The notes beneath the pieces were generated by a model. The model ran no database searches. It worked only from the letters and a program-made list of their open reading frames with translations, and was not told the origin of the DNA. A DNA stretch of 40,390 bases from Propionibacteriaceae bacterium (GTDB taxonomy: Bacteria > Actinomycetota > Actinomycetes > Propionibacteriales > Propionibacteriaceae), in contig DATFOP010000231.1 of NCBI GenBank assembly GCA_035265505.1, forward strand, positions 1-40,390, in the 5' to 3' direction. Both the position numbers and the translations under genes were made by a program. Shown piece by piece: positions 34,047-40,390 of this stretch (positions are counted from its first letter, which is position 1; the number at the start of each line of letters is the position of its first letter).

Positions 34047-34248
34047 GACCGGGCGGTTCCTTCCGAGGGAGCGAACTCATTGACGAGAACACCTCGAGCC
34101 TATCGGTGGGCAACCGCAGCAGATATGGGCACCGTCCGACTCCGGAGTTGTACCGGTGAGTGTCAATCGATGATGCGGGCCCTAGACTTCCCTATCGGTG
34201 CTCCTGTCGAGGGAGCGTTGGACCTACCAGCTGACGTCTGGGGAGTGA

Positions 34249-35244
34249 GTGGGGCTTGTGACGAGCATCGACGTGTCCGCCCGGATAGCGACGGACGACG
34301 CCAGGCGGGTCACATCTGTGACCGTCACCGATCCCCACGCTCACGAGCGCGGCTTGCCCCGGCCAAGCGTCGTGGTGGGCGCCTACATTGGCTTGACAAA
34401 ACCCCGGATTATCGAGCTGCTCCTCGTCACCACCGTGCCGGCCATGTTCCTCGCGGCTCGCGGCGTACCCGACCTGATCGTGGTTTTCTCCACCTTGCTC
34501 GGTGGATGCCTGGCCGCCGCCAGCGCGAATGTGTTCAACTGTGTGCTCGATCGTGATATCGACGAGCGGATGCGTCGGACTCGGCGGCGGCCATTACCTC
34601 GGCACGCTGTTGAGCCTCTGGCTGCGACGATCTTCGGGGCGGTGCTCGGCGTCGCAGCCACGTTATGGCTGGGAGTCTTCGTCAACTGGTTGTCGGCGTT
34701 GCTGGCCCTCGGCGCCAACGCGTTCTACGTCTTCGTCTACACCATGTGGCTGAAGCGCCGGACGTCGCAGAACATCGTCTGGGGGGGCATCGCCGGTTGT
34801 TTCCCGCCTTTGATCGGCTGGACCGCGGTTACTGGTTCGGTGGACGTGGCGCCGTTCGTCCTGTTCGCCATTGTGTTCTGCTGGACGCCCCCGCACACCT
34901 GGGCGTTAGCGATGCGCTACCGCGAGGACTACGCCGCCGCCAAGGTGCCGATGCTGCCGGTGGTCCGGTCAGCGCACGAGGTTGCGCTGCGCATCCTCGC
35001 CTACTCGGTGATCACGGTAGCTGTCTCATTGACGCTGTGGCCGATCGCCGACACAGGCTGGATCTACCCGGTCGTCGCCACGCTCGCCGGTGCGGTGCTG
35101 CTCTGGGAGTCCTGGCGGCTGCTGGTTCGCGCGCGCCGCGGACTCGGCGACGCAGCCCTCAGGCCCATGCGGCTGTTCCACTGGTCGAATTCGTACCTGG
35201 CGCTGATCTTCGTAGCGGCTGCCGTCAGCCCGCTGCTGCCCTGA
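34249..35244 (+). CDS. ctaB: Heme o synthase (protoheme IX farnesyltransferase)
   Basis: [50 protein letters not shown]; start uncertain. Confidence 0.95.
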   Translation: MGLVTSIDVSARIATDDARRVTSVTVTDPHAHERGLPRPSVVVGAYIGLTKPRIIELLLVTTVPAMFLAARGVPDLIVVFSTLLGGCLAAASANVFNCVLDRDIDERMRRTRRRPLPRHAVEPLAATIFGAVLGVAATLWLGVFVNWLSALLALGANAFYVFVYTMWLKRRTSQNIVWGGIAGCFPPLIGWTAVTGSVDVAPFVLFAIVFCWTPPHTWALAMRYREDYAAAKVPMLPVVRSAHEVALRILAYSVITVAVSLTLWPIADTGWIYPVVATLAGAVLLWESWRLLVRARRGLGDAALRPMRLFHWSNSYLALIFVAAAVSPLLP

Positions 35245-35260
35245 CTCCGCCACTCTAGCG

Positions 35261-35791
35261 GTGGCTCAGTCGGTCGAGCTGATCTTCGACCCGGCGACGG
35301 AGAACGCCCTTCGCGTTCAATGGGACCGGCTCGCCGATGCTGGACTGCCCAGTTCCCGCCGATCTCAGCCGGATCCGCACAACCGGCCACATCTCACTCT
35401 CTATGCCGCCGAAACGATCTCGGCGGAGGCGGAGGAGCGGCTGCCGGCACTCTTCGCCGAGCTGGATCTGTCCCTCCGCATCGGTAGCCTGATGATCTTT
35501 GGTCCCCGTCATGGCCAGGTGATCCTGGTCCGATCGGTGGTGCCCTCCACGGAACTGCTGGCCCTGCAATCTCGGACGGCCGGGCTTTGCGGTGCGGATG
35601 CGCTGGGCCAATTCGGCGCGGGGGGCTGGACTCCTCACATCACCCTGGCCCGTCGGATGGGGGTTGATCAACTCGGAGTGGCGATCAAGGTATTGGGTGA
35701 CTCAGCGGCCGACCTGGCTGGCGTCGTGCGGCAGTGCCGCCGCTGGGACGGCCAGAGGCGTACGGTCCGGTGGCTCTCCCCGCCGGGGTGA
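35261..35791 (+). CDS. 2H phosphoesterase (2'-5' RNA ligase family)
   Basis: Two HxT motifs: RPHLTL and WTPHITLAR. Confidence 0.85.
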   Translation: MAQSVELIFDPATENALRVQWDRLADAGLPSSRRSQPDPHNRPHLTLYAAETISAEAEERLPALFAELDLSLRIGSLMIFGPRHGQVILVRSVVPSTELLALQSRTAGLCGADALGQFGAGGWTPHITLARRMGVDQLGVAIKVLGDSAADLAGVVRQCRRWDGQRRTVRWLSPPG

Positions 35792-36670
35792 TCTCACGGA
35801 GAGCATGAGATTCGTAGCAGCGGCGATCGAGAGGGAAGCACCTAGCAGGTGGAGCGCCACAAGCCAGATGGGCACACCGGTGTAGTACTGGGTCAATCCA
35901 ACGGCCGCTTGAGCGACTTCCACTCCCAGGAGGAGCAACGCTGCGCGGCTCCTAAGCAGCAACAGGCAAACCAGCGTCAATGCGATCGTCAGGTAGACCA
36001 TCGACGCGTGCAGTCGAGTGAGAAGTAAGCCGTCCAGGCCAGATCGGGCGACCTTCTCGCCGCCGGCGTGCGGACCGCTGCCGGTCACCAGCGTGCCCAG
36101 CAGGATGACGACGGCCATGGCCACGAAGGTCACCCGACTTGCGATCACTGCCGCGCGAGATGCGGGCTCAGCAGTCACCTGCCGAGTTTTGCGCACCAGC
36201 CAGACGGCCAGGCAGATCAAGATCATGGAGACCAGCAGGTGCAGGGCGACGATGTATGGATTGAGCTGGTACAGCACGGAAAGCCCACCGATTACCGCCT
36301 GCGCTGGGATGCCCAGCGCGAGGCCCGCGGCCAGCCAGCGAACGCCACGGCCACGCCGCCCTTGCGCTGGGGAGAAGATGGCACTCAGCAGGGTGAGAGC
36401 AGCGATCAGGATGAGGGCGAAGGTCAGCAGGCGGTTTCCGAACTCGATCGCGCCGTGGTAGCCGAGCTCGGGATGGCTGACGTAGGACGCCTCAGTGCAC
36501 TTCGGCCAGGTGGGACAGCCCAAGCCGGAGCCGGTCAACCGCACAAGCCCACCGGTGATCACAATGACGATGTTCGCCACCAGGGTCGCGACCGCCCAGC
36601 GGGGCAGCGCCCGCGGACCGCGTACGACCATGGTCAGTTTTCTCAGGCCGTCCACCGGAATCCCTTCCAT
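35702..36670 (-). CDS. ctaA: Heme A synthase COX15/CtaA family
   Basis: GGLVRLTGSGLGCPTWPKC, IEFGNRLL, VALHLL, VTGSGPHAG; start uncertain (36670/36655/36631). Confidence 0.9.
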   Translation of the reverse strand: MEGIPVDGLRKLTMVVRGPRALPRWAVATLVANIVIVITGGLVRLTGSGLGCPTWPKCTEASYVSHPELGYHGAIEFGNRLLTFALILIAALTLLSAIFSPAQGRRGRGVRWLAAGLALGIPAQAVIGGLSVLYQLNPYIVALHLLVSMILICLAVWLVRKTRQVTAEPASRAAVIASRVTFVAMAVVILLGTLVTGSGPHAGGEKVARSGLDGLLLTRLHASMVYLTIALTLVCLLLLRSRAALLLLGVEVAQAAVGLTQYYTGVPIWLVALHLLGASLSIAAATNLMLSVRSPRRGEPPDRTPLAVPAAALPHDASQVGR

Positions 36671-37404
36671 GCTACGGAGGCTGCCGCTGCGAGCCAGATG
36701 GTCAGCACGATCACTGGCCAGCCCAGCACATGGCCGATTGCTGCGGATCGAAGACCTTCCCCGAGCGCAGCGGTGGGCAGCGCCTTGAGCACAGGCTGCA
36801 CGGCTGCCGGGTACCGCTCGAGCGGCACAACTAGCGCACCGCCGGCCAGCATGATCACGTAGATCAAGTTGGCCAGGCCGAGGGTCGCCTCGGCACGAAC
36901 CCGGCCTGCTATCAGCAAGCCGAGGCAGACGAAGGTCGCGGTCGCCATGGTGATCAGCAGCAGCGCCGCTGTACCGGAGAGAACGCTGAACGCCGGACGC
37001 CAACCAAGAGCCAGCGCGACACCAGCCAAGATCATCACTTGACCAACCATGATCAAGATGACCGCCAGGGATTTTCCGGTGATCAGGCCCGACTTGCCGA
37101 GCGGAGTGACGGCGAGCCGTTCCAGCACTCCGTACCGCCGCTCGAACGCGGTCGCGATTGCCACGGAGGTGAACCCGGTTGACCAGACCGCCAGCGCGAG
37201 TACGGAGGGCGCCAGGATCTCGAGCGCACCGAAGCGTCCACCCGCGAGCCAGCCCCCAACGAGGATGCCAAGGGGTATGACCAGCGCAAGCAGCACTTGT
37301 TCTCCGTTGCGGGCCAACAGCCGCGTTTCCAGCACACCGTGACGCAAGATCCGGCGGACCGGCGGTGCGGCGCCAGGAGCCGGAGTGAAGTCGAGAACCG
37401 TCAT
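36643..37404 (-). CDS. ABC-2 type transporter permease
   Basis: RNGEQVLL, AIATAFERRYGVLERLAVTPL; about 6 TMs. Confidence 0.9.
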   Translation of the reverse strand: MTVLDFTPAPGAAPPVRRILRHGVLETRLLARNGEQVLLALVIPLGILVGGWLAGGRFGALEILAPSVLALAVWSTGFTSVAIATAFERRYGVLERLAVTPLGKSGLITGKSLAVILIMVGQVMILAGVALALGWRPAFSVLSGTAALLLITMATATFVCLGLLIAGRVRAEATLGLANLIYVIMLAGGALVVPLERYPAAVQPVLKALPTAALGEGLRSAAIGHVLGWPVIVLTIWLAAAASVAWKGFRWTA

Positions 37405-38123
37405 GTGCTCACCTGCGCGTGAGTGTTCGCGAGGTAGACGCTCTCGAGGTTCTGGCCGCTGCTCGTCAACTCGCTTACGGTTCCCGAGACAGCGACCCGG
37501 CCACGATCGAGGATGTAGATGGAGTCGGCGAGCGCCTCGGCCTCGTCCATCGCATGTGTGGTCAGGACGATTGTCACGCCCGCGGCTCGGAGTTCACGCA
37601 ACAGCTGCCAGGTGGCACGTCGAGCGTGCGGGTCGAGGCCGGCAGTCGGTTCGTCGAGGAAGACGAGAGCGGGCCGGCCGATCAGCGCGCCGGCAAGGTT
37701 CACCGTCTGCTGCTGGCCTCCGGACAGCCGGCGGTACGTTGTGGCCGCATACCCGCCAATGCCGAGCCGGTCGATCAGCGTCGAGACGTCCAGCGGATGT
37801 GCGTAGAGTCCTCCCAGGTAATGCAGCAGTTCAGCGGCCTTGATGCCTGACCAGGCCCCGGTGCTCTGCGGCATCAACCCGATACGGCTAGCGGCCGCAG
37901 CCGAGCCGGGCGCTTCACCGAGCACTGTGATCGTGCCTGCAGCGGGTCGCAGCAAGCCGGTGCAGCAGCGGATCAGCGTGGTCTTACCGGCGCCGTTCGG
38001 CCCCAGCACAGCCGTCAACGCGGCGGGTTTGGCCCGCAGCGTCAGGTCGTCGAGTGCGATTCGGTGGCCGAAGCGGACCGCCAGGCGATCCACGACAAGC
38101 GGATCCGCGGGGCGAATGAGCAC
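37401..38123 (-). CDS. ABC transporter ATP-binding protein
   Basis: GPNGAGKTT, LSGGQQQ, FLDEPTAGLD, TTH; TAGACT 6 nt before the GTG (leaderless). Confidence 0.93.
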   Translation of the reverse strand: MLIRPADPLVVDRLAVRFGHRIALDDLTLRAKPAALTAVLGPNGAGKTTLIRCCTGLLRPAAGTITVLGEAPGSAAAASRIGLMPQSTGAWSGIKAAELLHYLGGLYAHPLDVSTLIDRLGIGGYAATTYRRLSGGQQQTVNLAGALIGRPALVFLDEPTAGLDPHARRATWQLLRELRAAGVTIVLTTHAMDEAEALADSIYILDRGRVAVSGTVSELTSSGQNLESVYLANTHAQVST

Positions 38124-38158
38124 TGCAGAAGTCTAAGCGGCGCGGCGTCGGGCTCCGT

Positions 38159-39424
38159 TCAGCCGAACACCGTGCGGAGGAGATACGGGGTGCGGAACCG
38201 GTGGTCAGGGTCGTAGGTGTCCGCCAAACTCTGGAAGTCGGCGAGGCGGGGATAGAGGTGGCTGAAGTTGAAGGGACCGGTAAAGACCTTGGCCCAGTGC
38301 GGGCGCGGCTCGTATGGCGCCAGCACAGCCTCGATCTGGTCGAGAACGCCCGCGACTGCCGCCGCGTCTGGCCGCCAGGTGAAGTGGATGCCGAAAGTTG
38401 GACGTTGGTAGGCGAGGCTCAGCCACAGATCGTCCGCAGCCATAGTCCTAATTTCGCAACTTTGCGCCACCTGTGCGATCTCTGGCCCGACGTTGCGCAA
38501 TGCCTCGATGGCGCCGGCCGAGTGGCGACGATCTAGCAGGTACTCCGACTGGATTTCGGCACCAGTGCTCGGGTTGTACCCCAGCAGGAAGTGCGGCAGC
38601 CGATCACACCATGGGCCCGGTTCGCCGAGCTGTGGAGTGCAGTGCAGGGGATCGTTGCCGGGCGTCATGTGCAACTGCTCGGTTGCCGCTGTAGCGCCAA
38701 AGAGGGCTTCGGGCATCCGTCGCGGCTCGTCGTTGATCAGCCTCGTCTTCACCCAGAGCAGTTCTACGGTGTCACGGGTGAAGCTGGTCACCGCGCTGAC
38801 GCTGGAGCCCGAGCCCATCACTTCTTCGAATGAGCCGGTCAGCGCCTCCCAGGGAAGCCGCTGGTAGATGTCCTGGCGGGCGTTGAAGGTCGGCTCGATG
38901 GACAGCGTCAGCTCTGTGACAATCCCTAATGCACCGAGGTGGACCACTGCGCCATCGAAATCTGGAGATTGTTGATCGAGATGGACAACCTCGCCGGTGC
39001 CGCTCACCAGGGTCATCCCACGGACCGCGGAGGCGAGTGTCGGATTGCCATTACCCGAGCCGTGGGTTGCGGTGGCCACGGAGCCCGCGACCGAGATATG
39101 GGGAAGGGAGGCCATGTTGCTCAACGCCCAGCCGGCTTCTTGCAGGAAGATCGCGAGTTCGCCGTACCGCATCCTGCCCGGCACGGTCACCGTCTGCGCC
39201 TCGGCGTCGATCAACGGCTCCCCGGGCAACTGGGAGAGCGAAATCAATTCGGTGGCATCCGCGACGTCGTTGAAAGAGTGCCGGGTGCCCAACGCGTGCA
39301 GCGATCGGCCGCGCAGCACCAACGCCTGTATCTCCTCGACCGTCCGGGGGTGATGGATCGTGTCCGCCCGGTACCGGTACGTACCACTCCAGTTCTGCCG
39401 TGGCTGCTCGATGACGTCAGTCAT
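38159..39424 (-). CDS. FAD-linked alditol/xylitol oxidase-like (AldO/ALO family)
   Basis: NWSG start, GTRHSFN (covalent-FAD His motif), ASLPHISVAGSVATATHGSG, EIQSEY, HFTW, RPHWAK. Confidence 0.85.
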   Translation of the reverse strand: MTDVIEQPRQNWSGTYRYRADTIHHPRTVEEIQALVLRGRSLHALGTRHSFNDVADATELISLSQLPGEPLIDAEAQTVTVPGRMRYGELAIFLQEAGWALSNMASLPHISVAGSVATATHGSGNGNPTLASAVRGMTLVSGTGEVVHLDQQSPDFDGAVVHLGALGIVTELTLSIEPTFNARQDIYQRLPWEALTGSFEEVMGSGSSVSAVTSFTRDTVELLWVKTRLINDEPRRMPEALFGATAATEQLHMTPGNDPLHCTPQLGEPGPWCDRLPHFLLGYNPSTGAEIQSEYLLDRRHSAGAIEALRNVGPEIAQVAQSCEIRTMAADDLWLSLAYQRPTFGIHFTWRPDAAAVAGVLDQIEAVLAPYEPRPHWAKVFTGPFNFSHLYPRLADFQSLADTYDPDHRFRTPYLLRTVFG

Positions 39425-39511
39425 GTGAGTGATCCTCCACCACGCTGAGCCGCATTCCGCTGAGAGTCATCGCCGCGCCACTCCACAGCTATCGAACATA
39501 GAAACGAATAG

Positions 39512-39533
39512 TGTCAGTGGTCTTCTGTAGCTT
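39512..39533 (+). promoter_or_regulatory. PafBC/RecA-NDp-type promoter, leaderless DUF222 gene
   Basis: TGTCAGtg...: TGTCAG-N10-TAGCTT, then 7 nt to ATG 39541. Confidence 0.75.
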
Positions 39534-39540
39534 TTGAGGT

Positions 39541-40390
39541 ATGTCAGTCGCGTTGGTTTCGGTGGATCGGCAGGATCGTTTAGTCGATCCGCTGTGCGCG
39601 CGGCTGGACGGGATGCTGGCGGAGTTGGCTGCGGGTGTGGCGGGGTGTGCGGAGCGGCGGGATGTCGGTGGGGTGTCTGACGCGCAGCGGATTGATCGGA
39701 TTGCTCGGCTGGAGCAGCTGAAGGCGGCCGTGGCCGCGTTGCAGGCGGCGGAGTCGGTGCGGTTCGCCGAATCCCAGGTGGAGCAGCAGATCGTCGCCGG
39801 GGTGCACCCAAGAGTGATCGGCCGCGGGATCGCCGACCAGATTGCACTGGCCTGCCATGTGTCGCCGACCGAAGGCTCGCGGCGGCTCGGGATTGCCCGG
39901 GCGTTGTGGTTCGATCTGCCGGCGACCTTCCGGCTGCTCACTCGGGGGCGGGTCAGTGAGTATGTCGCGTCGCTGGTGGTGTCCGAAACCCGGCATCTTC
40001 CCGCAGCCCTGCGTCGGCAAGTCGACCAGAAGATTGTCGCGGTCGGGGTGGTCGGGATGGGTTCGCGGCGGGCGGCGGCCTGTGCCCGCGGCCACGCCTA
40101 CGCAGCCGACCCGCACGGCTATCTGCAGCGCGGCCGGACCGAGCGGCGGCATCGCCGGGTCGGGCTGCGGCCGGCGCCGGACACCATGGCGATCCTGTCC
40201 GGCTATCTACCGGTCGACCAGGGGGTGGCCTGCCTGGCCGCGCTCCGCCGCCACACCGACACCGTGAAAGCCGACGGCGATCAGCGCAGCCGGGATCAGA
40301 TCATGGCCGACACGCTGGTCGAACGGCTCACCGGCCAGGCCGGCGCCGCCGACGTCAACATCGAAGTCCACCTGCTGATGCCGCTAAGCA
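39541..40390 (+). CDS. DUF222 (13E12-repeat) protein, probable C-terminal HNH endonuclease; runs off window
   Basis: Not in the ORF track. My translation, with no stop seen: MSVALVSVDR...RIDRIARLEQLKAAVAALQA...GIADQIALACHVSP...LPATFRLLTRGRVSEY...RRVGLRPAPDTMAILSGYLP...RSRDQIMADTLVERLTG. The HNH domain would lie beyond the window. Confidence 0.85.
   Translation, partial: MSVALVSVDRQDRLVDPLCARLDGMLAELAAGVAGCAERRDVGGVSDAQRIDRIARLEQLKAAVAALQAAESVRFAESQVEQQIVAGVHPRVIGRGIADQIALACHVSPTEGSRRLGIARALWFDLPATFRLLTRGRVSEYVASLVVSETRHLPAALRRQVDQKIVAVGVVGMGSRRAAACARGHAYAADPHGYLQRGRTERRHRRVGLRPAPDTMAILSGYLPVDQGVACLAALRRHTDTVKADGDQRSRDQIMADTLVERLTGQAGAADVNIEVHLLMPLS

Noticed and set aside
34099-34200. CCTATCGGTG occurring twice in the tkt-ctaB divergent region
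   Set aside because: Only a 10-mer pair with no symmetry or known regulator match; could be chance
39467-39499. Minus-strand mini-ORF MFDSCGVARR upstream of the oxidase gene
   Set aside because: No SD or well-spaced -10; probably a by-product of the TCGAACAT half-site
39492-39507. Full LexA SOS box
   Set aside because: The right half AAACGA matches GTTCGA at only 3 of 6 positions; kept only as a half-site remark
39467-40267. Track ORFs 39467-39847, 39489-39941, 39580-40152 and 39842-40267
   Set aside because: Shadow frames of the DUF222 gene starting at 39541

Overview
High-GC actinobacterial chromosome segment. Gene order and protein style suggest Propionibacteriales (inference, not a database result). 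Most of it is conserved core: uvrB, terC/alx behind a yybP-ykoY Mn riboswitch, MBL hydrolase and MDMPI divergent from uvrA, Rieske, uvrC-rapZ-yvcK-whiA, gap-pgk-tpi-secG-rbpA, the opposing tkt-tal-zwf-opcA-pgl operon, and ctaB / ctaA-ABC. Accessory genes include lon with an HspR box, a CGNR regulator with an MFS pump, ndh, an ArsR-SRPBCC pair with twin operators, a 2H phosphoesterase, an alditol-oxidase-like gene, and a 3'-truncated DUF222/HNH-type gene missing from the ORF track. No rRNA, tRNA, CRISPR array or transposase was seen. Best observations: (1) one TGTC-type PafBC/RecA-NDp leaderless promoter geometry before uvrB, uvrA, uvrC and the DUF222 gene; (2) a short GAGCxxGTCGA repeat family found intergenically and inserted in frame into the Lon protease domain; (3) a PrsW-like protein with its catalytic residues replaced, coupled to a Pro-rich membrane protein; (4) a tandem duplication that builds a mini-ORF relay between zwf and opcA; (5) a histone-H1-like tail on OpcA.
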